Shown here one piece after another: positions 46,021 to 54,166 of a stretch of DNA of 54,166 nt. The position numbers were made by a program, and so were the translations under genes. Each line of letters begins with the position of its first letter. Position 1 is the stretch's first letter. A model generated the notes under the pieces. It saw nothing but the letters and a program-made list of their open reading frames with translations, did not search any database and was not told where the DNA came from. Source of the stretch: a virus (taxonomy: Duplodnaviria; Caudoviricetes); the IMG/VR virus record IMGVR_UViG_3300033149_001397, positions 1 through 54,166 of that record; one strand, given 5' to 3'.

Positions 46021-46728
46021 TTATCCCCCACTCACTGGCTTTGTTAAAATATTTTTGTCTACAAGGTTGTTATATAGATTCGCCCCAGGACATGCAGTAT
46101 GTGCCAAGTCGCGGTGTGCATAAATGAGTGTTTTCATTCCGGGTAGAATGCTCATATTCGCAGCAACAAGCTCGTCTACAAGCCGCAACAAAATATCAAC
46201 TGTTTCCTGTTCTGGTTTTTCAATTTCATAATTTCCACAAACGCAAATCCCTATTGATGATGTGTTGTGACCCTTGCAATGTGCGCCCTTACGCGACAGC
46301 GGACGACCCAAAAATACGCCGGATTTATTAATCACAAAATGGTAACCGATTCCGTTAAACCCGCGTGTTTTGTGCCACTGGCTAATTTGTTGTACAGTTG
46401 TCTCTTTCCTGCTTGCGCTATGGTGAATAACGATTTCGTTGAAATAGCGGCCTTGCAGCAGCTTTTTGTAGTCGAAGAAATACGCGTCTTTGCGAATAAT
46501 ATCTATTGCGCTATTGATTTCTTCCTGTGCTGCAACAATCTTGATTTTGGCAACCAGTAGCTTATCCTCCACTTTCGAGATTATGTCATCCTCTGCATAC
46601 GCCAGCGGGCAGCTTTCTTTTTTACACTCCTCGCTTTCGTTGTGTCTATGCGAACATGACACGCCGTTAAACCTGAATGCGCAGTTCTCGCTTGATGTTA
46701 AGATGTCCCAGTTGTCCATGTTATTCAC
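46021..46728 (-). CDS. N-acetylmuramoyl-L-alanine amidase (Amidase_2/T7 lysozyme-like) with N-terminal extension
   Basis: IVIHHSA, IGYHFVI, GRP...GAHC.GHN..SIGIC, HRD...TACPG. Confidence 0.92.
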   Translation of the reverse strand: MNNMDNWDILTSSENCAFRFNGVSCSHRHNESEECKKESCPLAYAEDDIISKVEDKLLVAKIKIVAAQEEINSAIDIIRKDAYFFDYKKLLQGRYFNEIVIHHSASRKETTVQQISQWHKTRGFNGIGYHFVINKSGVFLGRPLSRKGAHCKGHNTSSIGICVCGNYEIEKPEQETVDILLRLVDELVAANMSILPGMKTLIYAHRDLAHTACPGANLYNNLVDKNILTKPVSGG

Positions 46729-46741
46729 CCCGTTTTTTCAG

Positions 46742-46963
46742 TCACGGTTTTTGATAAATCCCGTTTTTTAGTGTATATCCCTGTGCGTCGAGGAGTCTAT
46801 CAAGCTTTTCCTCAATAGCCTTGAGACGTTCTATCGCCTCGGAACCACACTGCGTGTCCTCATACGCGAAACGCGCAACCGGTATTGGGCTCCTGAACCA
46901 AGACGATGGGCTTGTCGCTTTCGCAGATTGTTCTCCAGCTGCCATATCTACACCACCCCGCAA
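46742..46963 (-). CDS. Hypothetical protein
   Basis: ORF in operon. Confidence 0.45.
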   Translation of the reverse strand: MRGGVDMAAGEQSAKATSPSSWFRSPIPVARFAYEDTQCGSEAIERLKAIEEKLDRLLDAQGYTLKNGIYQKP

Positions 46964-47160
46964 TACCCCTCAAAGCACTGGCAGCTAACGGCATGGCCAT
47001 CCAGCGGGCCGAGCCTTGTTATCCCGTCACGCTCTTCGAGCATCGGTATTACTGTTTTGCCGTCGAACGTAATAGTAAGCCACTGCTGCATCAATTGAGG
47101 CTTGCCGATAACCAGCCCGATGTTGCCGTATCTGTCCATAACAACGTCATCAACCCGCAT
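46948..47160 (-). CDS. Hypothetical protein (SH3/KOW-like pattern)
   Basis: GGGAGG SD; MRVDDVV.D.YGNIG.V. Confidence 0.55.
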   Translation of the reverse strand: MRVDDVVMDRYGNIGLVIGKPQLMQQWLTITFDGKTVIPMLEERDGITRLGPLDGHAVSCQCFEGYCGVV

Positions 47161-47190
47161 GGCCGTCGCCTCCCTCTGTCTCTTTACAAG

Positions 47191-47781
47191 TCAAACTCGC
47201 ACACAAATTCCATTTTCTTTGACAAGCGCCGCCAGCAGGAAAAGTGCATCAGCCTGATTGTCGTCCACAATATCCTGCTCTGGCCAGCGCCCACGAGCGG
47301 CACGCAATATTTGATCCTTGTTCGCGCGGCCCTTACCCGTCGCCTCTTTTTTGATTGCCTGTACGGTTATGCCTGTCCATGGCACCGGCGGCTCGTGCGT
47401 GTCACACCACATAAACAAGACGTTTGTAATTGCCCCGTAAACGTGTGCGGCGTCCCACATGCACACTGTGCGGCCCTGTAGCTTTACACTGTGGTTGTGG
47501 ACCTCTTCATATCCAACGAGATCCACCCTGCCGATTTTACGCAGGTAGTTCAGCAGATGGACAAGTCGCATTCCCTGGGACTCATATCTGCTCGGGGTCA
47601 GGTTCCACGAGCCTGACAGAAGTATGCCGTTATCATATAGAGCCCACCCGCACTGACTGCCCGGGTCAATAGCCAGTATGCGTTTATACTGCTGGTCTCC
47701 ATGCTGTGAATTCGGAATGCTGTTAAGCTTTTCTTGTAGTGTCATTTCCATCGTCTCCATTGTTCCTTGGCCTGTAAACAT
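47191..47781 (-). CDS. RuvC-like Holliday junction resolvase
   Basis: ILAIDPG..CGWA, GYEEV, IKK.ATGKGRANK, DDNQADAL. Confidence 0.88.
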   Translation of the reverse strand: MFTGQGTMETMEMTLQEKLNSIPNSQHGDQQYKRILAIDPGSQCGWALYDNGILLSGSWNLTPSRYESQGMRLVHLLNYLRKIGRVDLVGYEEVHNHSVKLQGRTVCMWDAAHVYGAITNVLFMWCDTHEPPVPWTGITVQAIKKEATGKGRANKDQILRAARGRWPEQDIVDDNQADALFLLAALVKENGICVRV

Positions 47782-47938
47782 ACATCCCCTTGGCTATCAG
47801 CCTGTGTATTTCGCGGCCCTGCATATTGATTACAAATGCAGCAGGCATGCGGCCCATGCAGGTATTTGTAACCACTGCCTTTTTGTCAACAACAGCCTTC
47901 CACAGATCGTCAAGCGTGTTTATTTTTTCTCCACGCAT
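47723..47938 (-). CDS. Hypothetical protein
   Basis: ORF in operon. Confidence 0.5.
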   Translation of the reverse strand: MRGEKINTLDDLWKAVVDKKAVVTNTCMGRMPAAFVINMQGREIHRLIAKGMYVYRPRNNGDDGNDTTRKA

Positions 47939-47940
47939 TC

Positions 47941-48639
47941 TCAGTTGCCACCCCCATTGTATTTTTTCAACGCCTCAAGAGCATCGCGCTTTTTCTGTTC
48001 AAATTCTTCTTGTGTCATTGGGGCCTTTGCGGAACTCTGCTTTGCCATGCGTGATTCGGCTTGGCGCTTTTCGCTGTCAGATAGATTGAGCCGCTCGACG
48101 AGTTTATTCATCCGCTCTCGTACTGTATGTATCTTTGGCTTGATATCGTCGCTTTTCGCGGCCGATAATTGCTTCTGTTGTTTGGGTGTGCTCGGCAGGA
48201 ACGAGTTGTAGCCACCGGCCTTCCTGAACGACGTGTAAAGTTTCACGAAATTTCGCTGTATTGACTGCCTCTCAAAATTCGACATCTTCAACAGCCTGTC
48301 CCAACCGCCGATTGCGCGTATTGTTGCCGCGCATACCTGGTCATTCATTGTTGATGTTGTGTATGGTCCGCCAGCAGATATTGTGTTCATCACGCCTTCC
48401 CATGCAATAATTGCCGCAGAATCATTGTCCTGCTCGATGTACTGTTTGAATGTTGCCGGTTTGGGGAAGTATACCTCATTCTGCATAATATTATAACCGG
48501 CGTTCTCGATTTCTTCAATGGTATATTTTTTCAGCAGCTTGAAATACAGTGTTATCAGCCCGGAGTCAATCTGTTTTTCCCACAGCTCCCCGAGGGATAA
48601 AATGATTTTTCCAAAGCGTTTCTTCTCTTCGTTCTTCAT
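47941..48639 (-). CDS. Replicative helicase loader/inhibitor-like protein
   Basis: Follows initiator; YF..L..Y.IEE, FPKPA, AW..V, IGGW..L. Confidence 0.7.
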   Translation of the reverse strand: MKNEEKKRFGKIILSLGELWEKQIDSGLITLYFKLLKKYTIEEIENAGYNIMQNEVYFPKPATFKQYIEQDNDSAAIIAWEGVMNTISAGGPYTTSTMNDQVCAATIRAIGGWDRLLKMSNFERQSIQRNFVKLYTSFRKAGGYNSFLPSTPKQQKQLSAAKSDDIKPKIHTVRERMNKLVERLNLSDSEKRQAESRMAKQSSAKAPMTQEEFEQKKRDALEALKKYNGGGN

Positions 48640-48642
48640 GCC

Positions 48643-49437
48643 TTAATCATCCTTTCCAACAAACTCATCAAGTGCTTTCATGTTGTGCTGTTTGCGGCGT
48701 ATCTGCTTGCCGGCGCCCAGCGATGCATTCATCTGCGCGGTCAATGTGTTCCACTGTTTTCGCAGCTTATCAGCAGACAGAATGTTGGTGCTCCAGAAGT
48801 CGTCATTCTGCGACCACTCAATGACCCTGCGTATATCGCCTATGCTGTGGCCGTCAATTTTTTCCATCTTGCGGAATGTGTCTGCCCATTTATGACCGTG
48901 CGATTTTGTCGGTTCCTTGGCTTTGGGATTGTTGGCCTTGATTTTTCTCCAGAGGAAACGTGCGAGTTCGATGTGCTGTTCGTCGAACTTCGAACAATAA
49001 TCTTTTCTGTCTTTGTATTTGTTTTTATCTGTATCTGTAAATGAGTCTGAGTTGCGCGCGCGCGAGTGCATTGCATTTGCTATGCATTTGCTATGCATTT
49101 GCATTGCAGGCTTTTCCCACCGCGCATTTGCCGCATCACGCCTTTTTTGCGATGTTAGCTTTGTTTTTTGTAACAGCTCATCTATTTTTTTATGCCTCAA
49201 TCTATCGGAATCTTCATAAAAACAATCAAGCACCGGTTTTAATTTTTTCGAATTAAAATGAGGTTTTGCTGCAATTAATTTCAAAATTTCTGCATTATTT
49301 TTTGGAATACTTCCGTCTTTCCAGCAGAAAAGCAACAGCTCAATATAGATTCCGCGCTGTTCAAATGTCATCATTCTGACCGCGCTTGACCCCAACCAAT
49401 CATCCGTAAAAAAAGGTAGATATGGCCTTTTACTCAT
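48643..49437 (-). CDS. Phage replication initiator (DUF1376/YdaU-like N-terminus, lambda O-like C-terminus)
   Basis: PYLPFFTDDWL, EQRGIYIELL..CW; W.Q.DDFW..NILSA.KLRKQW..L. Confidence 0.85.
   Translation of the reverse strand: MSKRPYLPFFTDDWLGSSAVRMMTFEQRGIYIELLLFCWKDGSIPKNNAEILKLIAAKPHFNSKKLKPVLDCFYEDSDRLRHKKIDELLQKTKLTSQKRRDAANARWEKPAMQMHSKCIANAMHSRARNSDSFTDTDKNKYKDRKDYCSKFDEQHIELARFLWRKIKANNPKAKEPTKSHGHKWADTFRKMEKIDGHSIGDIRRVIEWSQNDDFWSTNILSADKLRKQWNTLTAQMNASLGAGKQIRRKQHNMKALDEFVGKDD
49001..49108. repeat. Putative replication origin: iterons inside initiator gene
   Basis: TGCATTTGCTA x2 plus TGCATTTGCA (49072-49103), next to a GC-alternating tract and an AT-rich stretch. Confidence 0.6.
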
Positions 49438-49705
49438 TGCCCGTATTGTTTCCTTTTGATTGTTTTTGTTTTACCATACACTCGTCGCATTCCCCGTCCT
49501 CATTTACGTGTCCAACCCAACATACGCGACCGCATTCAGCGCAGACTACAGCGCAATCAGGACATAATACAGCGCCGTATCTGTCCCTCAAAAGGCACTC
49601 TGGCTCAGTGTCATGAACGTGGTCGCAGAACATATTAAACCTCAACACCTGCCGACGTAAACAGGTCAATATTCTCCCTGCTGGTAATCTCATCTGCTGT
49701 TGCAA
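49430..49705 (-). CDS. Small Cys-rich Zn-binding protein
   Basis: CPDC..CAEC..C..CDEC; true start probably at MFCDH. Confidence 0.5.
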   Translation of the reverse strand: MQQQMRLPAGRILTCLRRQVLRFNMFCDHVHDTEPECLLRDRYGAVLCPDCAVVCAECGRVCWVGHVNEDGECDECMVKQKQSKGNNTGNE

Positions 49706-50378
49706 TGTTCTTTACAGCCTGATTATAATACGACTCTTTAAGCTCCACGCCAATCCCGCGCCGGCCGCATTTTACCGCGCAATAAACCTCTGAGCCAACA
49801 CCCATAAATGGCGTGAATACTGATTCGCCTTTGTTCGACCATAGCATTAGTATTCGTTCGATTACATCAAGCTGGAGCGGGTGTACGTGCTTTTCGTCTT
49901 TTTCGTCCTTGCTCTCTACGTATGGCAGGACATTATCAATGCGTATGTCGTCCCAGAAGGCGGATGCGTATCTGCGCCACACATTCTGAGAGTATTTGTT
50001 CAGCTTCTGGTCGCCATCAAATCCGCGATACCGCAATATCTCATTGTCAATATATTCAAGGTGGCCTTTGTTATCACGTGTTAAAAAGCGACCTGAGGCA
50101 TCCTGCATTCCGGCATACCCTGTAAACCCGGTTGGGTGCTCGATTGGAATCTTGTTTTCTCCCCTCCGCCTGAACACAACGAGATAGTCGGCAGATGCAA
50201 CGCCACACCTTGAAGAATCGTCAACTATTGTCTTGTGGGCAAGGTTTTTAGCCATAGTTCTGTTTCTAACCCCTAACGGCTCTTTCCACACACAATAGCG
50301 GCCAATAAACCTAAATCCGTGCTTCTCGTGCAGCCTTATAATGTCTCCGGGGAAGTCAACCAGATGGTCACATCCGCT
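49635..50378 (-). pseudogene. 5'-truncated N4/N6 DNA methyltransferase
   Basis: HVHPLQLDVIER, VFTPFMGVGSE, GVELKESY present; frame continues upstream as SGCDHLVDFPGDIIRLHEKHGF then hits TAG with no catalytic (S/D/N)PP(Y/F) motif. Confidence 0.7.
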
Positions 50379-50665
50379 TGCCGCAATCCGAGCATTTTCC
50401 TTGCCTGTGCCATGTCTGGGCGCCTTCTACCAGCTGATGGAAGGCGGATCTCCAATGGTTTGGCGCCAGCAGCTGGTTGGTGTTTTTGCTCAAGGCGCCT
50501 GAGTGCTGCCGTGATTTTCTTTTTTGTGGACAGCAGCACATCTCCACCGTTGAGATAGCGCGTGATACATGATTGCGCAACCCCAGCCTCGCTTGCCAGC
50601 TCTTTTTGTGTTACACGCATTGACCTCAGTTTGTTTTTTGTTGTCATTTTGCCTCCCATTTTCAC
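50336..50665 (-). CDS. XRE-family HTH regulator with truncated second HTH
   Basis: VTQKELASEAGVAQSCITRY; second start ARKMLGLRQADV then abrupt end. Confidence 0.75.
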   Translation of the reverse strand: MKMGGKMTTKNKLRSMRVTQKELASEAGVAQSCITRYLNGGDVLLSTKKKITAALRRLEQKHQPAAGAKPLEIRLPSAGRRRPDMAQARKMLGLRQADVTIWLTSPETL

Positions 50666-50976
50666 TTTGTTGTTTTCCGTATCATTATCAACAAATCGCG
50701 TATCGCCACGATAAACACGCCTCGCCTATATTCGCTTTCCTCAAGCTGCGCCGCGCAGTAGAAATAAACAATCGCGTCCAGTAGCTCCTCCCGCGCCTCG
50801 ACCTTGTAATCCCGGCCGTCGTGTATGGGCAGGTCAATGTTGCCGTAGCGCTCTGCCCCGAGGTTAAGCCGCTCTCGTATGTAGCTGACATATTTATACT
50901 CGTCCAGGGAGTTCCTGTTGCATACATCTGCAACCAACCTGATAAGCCCGTCGCTAATCGGTGTATCTGACACCAT
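50662..50976 (-). CDS. Hypothetical protein, possible all-alpha NTP pyrophosphatase-like
   Basis: R...GAERYG...EAREELLDAIVY (EExxD). Confidence 0.5.
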   Translation of the reverse strand: MVSDTPISDGLIRLVADVCNRNSLDEYKYVSYIRERLNLGAERYGNIDLPIHDGRDYKVEAREELLDAIVYFYCAAQLEESEYRRGVFIVAIRDLLIMIRKTTK

Positions 50977-51359
50977 TATGTTTCCTCCGTTTCAAGTATG
51001 GTCTCGCAAACAAACAGCAATAGCCGCTCTTCGGCTTCTTCTTCGTCGTATTCGGCAACCCTCGCAGAACACATCATAACATCGCACGCCTGCTCAGCTT
51101 TAATAATCCACTCCATACGATCGTGGGTAAGCCCTGGTTGGTTTAACAGCACGTCCGCTTTACATTTTTCAATTAGTCGCTGCGTCTGGTGCCGAGTAAA
51201 TACCCTACCTACAAACCACAGAACATCCTCAATTGGAATATCCATACAAACAGCGTCAGCCACTGTTATTTCCTTGCGTCCAGCGAATAGCTTTTCTATC
51301 TTACTGCGAGAATAGCACGGGCCGACGGCTACAACGTCGTCAACGGTGAAGCGTTTCAC
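50976..51359 (-). CDS. Hypothetical protein
   Basis: GGAGGA SD, GTG start; PC and DVLW motifs. Confidence 0.6.
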   Translation of the reverse strand: MKRFTVDDVVAVGPCYSRSKIEKLFAGRKEITVADAVCMDIPIEDVLWFVGRVFTRHQTQRLIEKCKADVLLNQPGLTHDRMEWIIKAEQACDVMMCSARVAEYDEEEAEERLLLFVCETILETEET

Positions 51360-51392
51360 TATAAGTCCTCCCTGGTTTTAATCTTGTTCTAA

Positions 51393-52124
51393 TCAGAATA
51401 GCCTCACAACCCTATGCCTCAGGTGCTCAGGTATCGCGCTGTCCGGCAGGCTCGTGCAGCCGGATATGTATATGTTGCCACCCACGGTGAGATTATCGGG
51501 CAGGGACGTGAGGCCCGTGCAGCCGCGTAGGTCGAGGCTGCCCCGCACGTTGAGGCTGTCGGGCAGGGATGTCAGGCCCGTGCAGTCGGATAGGTCGAGG
51601 TCTTCCCCCACAGCGAGATTGTCGGGCAGGGATGTCAGGCCCGTGCAGCCGCGTAGGTCGAGGCTGCCCCGCACGTTGAGGCTGTCGGGCAGGGATGTCA
51701 GGCCCGTGCAGCCCTCCAGGTAGAGGGCGCCATAAACAACAATCTTTTCCGGCAGCCTTCGTTCAAGCTTTTTGGCCAGCCCGAGCTCCCCTGCCTTGAG
51801 CGTCCAGAAGTACGCCCCAACAGGGCTTGCCGTTACCCACGGCGGGCCTTCGCCGAGTGCGGCGTCCACCAGGTCGCATGCAAGATGTTCCCAGCAGTCG
51901 TAGTGTTGTAATACAGCCGACTTGTACCAGTTCTCATCCTCGCCGCCGTATGTGCGGACTGTGAGCGCTTTTCCCGGCTCCCATTCTCCTTCCCGGTAGG
52001 AGCCTGGTTTCAAGCCGAATTCGTCTTCGATACCGCTGTGTGAATCGGGCTTGTTGCAGTAGAGATGTCCGCTTTCGCGGCCGATTACGAATGATACGTA
52101 GTTACACATTGTTTTGTCCTCCAA
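51393..52124 (-). CDS. Leucine-rich repeat protein
   Basis: About 4.5 copies of 21-aa GCTGLTSLPDxLxVxGxLDLx. Confidence 0.85.
   Translation of the reverse strand: MEDKTMCNYVSFVIGRESGHLYCNKPDSHSGIEDEFGLKPGSYREGEWEPGKALTVRTYGGEDENWYKSAVLQHYDCWEHLACDLVDAALGEGPPWVTASPVGAYFWTLKAGELGLAKKLERRLPEKIVVYGALYLEGCTGLTSLPDSLNVRGSLDLRGCTGLTSLPDNLAVGEDLDLSDCTGLTSLPDSLNVRGSLDLRGCTGLTSLPDNLTVGGNIYISGCTSLPDSAIPEHLRHRVVRLF
51511..51711. repeat. 63-bp-unit tandem repeats within LRR gene
   Basis: 75-bp identical copies at 51511-51585 and 51637-51711 (126-bp offset). Confidence 0.9.
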
Positions 52125-52862
52125 TCAAATCTCCAGCACCACATCTGCATCCGGCCCGCAGCGCAGCCGCCAGGTCTTACCGTCGAATGATGGCACATAT
52201 CCGCTCACCCATAGCTCCCGCAGGCTGCACCATGGGTCGTAAATATCTGTGTAGTACCAATGGCGGATATTGTAAAACAGTGAGCCGATGTAGGCATATA
52301 GTGCATCTATTAGGCTTAGCCGCACAGCATCACCCATGTTGCTCAACACACAATGCTGCACGCTGCTCAACACGGTTGATGATACGCTTGACCATAATCT
52401 GCTAGTATAAATACCCCCTAGGGTTGTGCGCACGCTTAGCGTCGGACTCCATCGCATACTACCAACAACCCCAGCCCAATCAATCAGCAGCGGCTCAAGG
52501 TCAATAGGCTTTGGCTTTATCGCAAACGGGTTTACCGGATGGTTTACCTCCCACAATGCGAAGCCAGCCATTTCATCTTGTTCATCTGGTGAAAGCCAAC
52601 GCAGCACGCGCACAGCCTCACACCGCGCTTTGGTAGCACTCTTTGCAACAATATTAACCGGCTCAACCTCGCAGTATATTGACGGCCCGTCCTGCCAAAG
52701 CACAGCGCAGCGCAGCGTCGGCGAACAGTGTATTCCATGGCCGCAGACACCGCCCCCGGGATCAACCTTATCGGGCCTGACGATGCGGCCACTTCTCCAC
52801 TCGGTAGTGTGGTCAAAATGCGATGTCTTATCTGGCCTGACTGCTTTGTAGTATGGTTTCAT
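52125..52862 (-). CDS. Hypothetical phage protein
   Basis: YYKAV, CG.GIH.S, KARC..VRVL; GGAGG SD. Confidence 0.7.
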   Translation of the reverse strand: MKPYYKAVRPDKTSHFDHTTEWRSGRIVRPDKVDPGGGVCGHGIHCSPTLRCAVLWQDGPSIYCEVEPVNIVAKSATKARCEAVRVLRWLSPDEQDEMAGFALWEVNHPVNPFAIKPKPIDLEPLLIDWAGVVGSMRWSPTLSVRTTLGGIYTSRLWSSVSSTVLSSVQHCVLSNMGDAVRLSLIDALYAYIGSLFYNIRHWYYTDIYDPWCSLRELWVSGYVPSFDGKTWRLRCGPDADVVLEI

Positions 52863-52901
52863 TTTGTGCCTCCGTCATTGTTGCTTTTTGTCTCGTCAAT
52901 C

Positions 52902-53432
52902 TCAAACTCGATTCGCCACACCCATGGGGCTAATCACCCACCAACACATGGCGCTGTGAGACACTATTCTTTTTTTCTTTGGCTTTTCTTCTTTCTGCTG
53001 TTGTGTGTTGTTTTTATCAAGCAGCACAACGCGGTTCGATGTGAAGAATTGTGTATCAAGCGGCTTTCCGTCTCTGTCGAGCTTGTTCGACTGGACGCCG
53101 ATGTTAATGCAGCCTGTTTGGTAAAATGTTATATCGACCACGAAACCAGAGAATCCGGTTAATGTGTCTTTAACATAATCGTGAATTTCAAAATCTAGAT
53201 TCCACGTCTTTTGCGTATTAGCAGAAATGGCCATGGTTTTTTTAAGCCTCGTTTCGTCTACCCATTGCCATTTTTCTGGTTTTCCGTCCTTCAGTTTTTG
53301 CGACTGAACGCCGTAGTGGATTGCCCCGGTATCCAGCTCTGAGACAGCGACAACAACGCCCTCAAAGCCAGTTATTTCGTCTTTTACAACATCAAGCATT
53401 TTGAACTTCCAGTCTTTTTGTGTCTTTTTCAT
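52902..53432 (-). CDS. Hypothetical protein with tandem-duplicated SH3-like domain
   Basis: VKDEITGFEGVV...GVQSQKLKDGKP / VKDTLTGFSGFV...GVQSNKLDRDGKP. Confidence 0.7.
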   Translation of the reverse strand: MKKTQKDWKFKMLDVVKDEITGFEGVVVAVSELDTGAIHYGVQSQKLKDGKPEKWQWVDETRLKKTMAISANTQKTWNLDFEIHDYVKDTLTGFSGFVVDITFYQTGCINIGVQSNKLDRDGKPLDTQFFTSNRVVLLDKNNTQQQKEEKPKKKRIVSHSAMCWWVISPMGVANRV

Positions 53433-53465
53433 TGGTCTGTTTCCTTTCGTTTTGTTTTTTCTAAA

Positions 53466-54041
53466 TTATCCATCCAATATAAATCTACTTATCTTTGCCA
53501 TTATTTCATCAAGCGTATTCTCATCCATTACTATTGGATTATCACCATTCCACGGGCGCGGTATCAGTATCGTCTCCCCACCGGCCTTTTCAAACGCATC
53601 CGTGTTGGCTTTGCTATCATCTATCAATAGCCGACCATGGCCAGCTAATAACTGTTTCTGCTTGCAATAAATAATAGCCAATGTCTCGTCGCTATCATAC
53701 ATGTACGCCTCAATCCAGAGCTGCCGCTGTGACAAGAACCTGATTTCGTCTCCAGACATTGGCGTTGTGCAGATTGTTAGCGGCGTATCTGTCCAATAAC
53801 ATAGGTTTTTTAGCCACCACCACAGCCTCATGCCATCATCGTGGAATGGCAGGTCACACCAAAAGCCGGTTGTTTCGCGTATCTTTTTCACCAGTGCTTC
53901 ACGCGAAATGCCTAGCTGTTTGTGTATGTCCCACCTGTCAGCAACCCAGCCGTGCGGAAGTTCGAGCGCCACCCTGAGGCCCTCTATAAAATTTGCAATT
54001 ACTCCGTCGCAGTCAAAAAATATATGTTTGTGTGTTTTCAT
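53466..54041 (-). CDS. HAD-superfamily 5'(3')-deoxyribonucleotidase-like protein
   Basis: IFFDCDGVIANF, ICTTP, LLIDDS, PRPWN; start set at ATG 54041. Confidence 0.85.
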   Translation of the reverse strand: MKTHKHIFFDCDGVIANFIEGLRVALELPHGWVADRWDIHKQLGISREALVKKIRETTGFWCDLPFHDDGMRLWWWLKNLCYWTDTPLTICTTPMSGDEIRFLSQRQLWIEAYMYDSDETLAIIYCKQKQLLAGHGRLLIDDSKANTDAFEKAGGETILIPRPWNGDNPIVMDENTLDEIMAKISRFILDG

Positions 54042-54052
54042 ATCCGCTGGCC

Positions 54053-54166
54053 GGGGGTCGAACCCGGCATCCGGCCCTGACCGCTTATGCGGGATACCGT
54101 CAGCGTACCATTCTGAGGGGTCCAATTAAGTGTATGTGGTGTTGCCTTTCCTTTCTCGGGGCCACC
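54053..54166 (+). repeat. Terminal direct repeat (right copy)
   Basis: Identical to 1-114. Confidence 0.95.

Larger units (their letters stand above)
1..54166. mobile_element. Complete tailed dsDNA bacteriophage genome (Caudoviricetes, siphovirus-like with Mu-type head genes), circular assembly
   Basis: Terminase, portal, protease, capsid, neck, tail tube, tape measure, amidase and replication/recombination genes in typical order; identical 114 bp at both ends; no host housekeeping flanks. Confidence 0.95.

Noticed and set aside
51393-52124. LRR repeats as a CRISPR array or DGR template/variable pair
   Set aside because: Repeats are in-frame coding units without unique spacers; no cas or reverse transcriptase gene was recognised
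54040-54125. Functional tRNA gene
   Set aside because: Only the T-arm is canonical; acceptor stem has just 5 pairs, no convincing D or anticodon arm, no CCA. Kept only as a tRNA-like finding

Overview
The window is a complete, circularly assembled dsDNA tailed-phage genome of about 54.05 kb; bases 1-114 are repeated exactly at 54053-54166. Nearly all genes are on the minus strand. Late module: TerS, TerL, portal fused to a MuF domain, a dual-specificity phosphatase, Mu-like protease/scaffold, decoration protein and major capsid protein. A roughly 10.5 kb glycan-biosynthesis island follows (signal-peptide protein, GT9, GT2-GT4 fusion, GT-radical SAM fusion, its GT paralogue, SAM methyltransferase, sulfotransferase, UDP-sulfoquinovose synthase SqdB, NDP-sugar epimerase). 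Then come neck genes, tail tube, frameshifted tail chaperones, tape measure and tail tip/fibre genes. No sheath gene was seen, so a siphovirus morphotype is likely. Early module: HTH regulators, YqaJ/RecT, ClpP-like protease, SMC-like ATPase, HAD nucleotidase, LRR protein, replication initiator with iterons, helicase loader, RuvC and an amidase. The only plus-strand unit encodes a C5-cytosine methyltransferase apparently split across two almost fully overlapping reading frames. No integrase, transposase, DNA polymerase, helicase, reverse transcriptase or CRISPR array was recognised. The best candidate for a new system is the sulfo-sugar/radical-SAM glycosylation island between the capsid and neck genes, a possible virion (or host-surface) sulfoglycan pathway. 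All product calls come from motifs and gene context read by eye; no database search was run.
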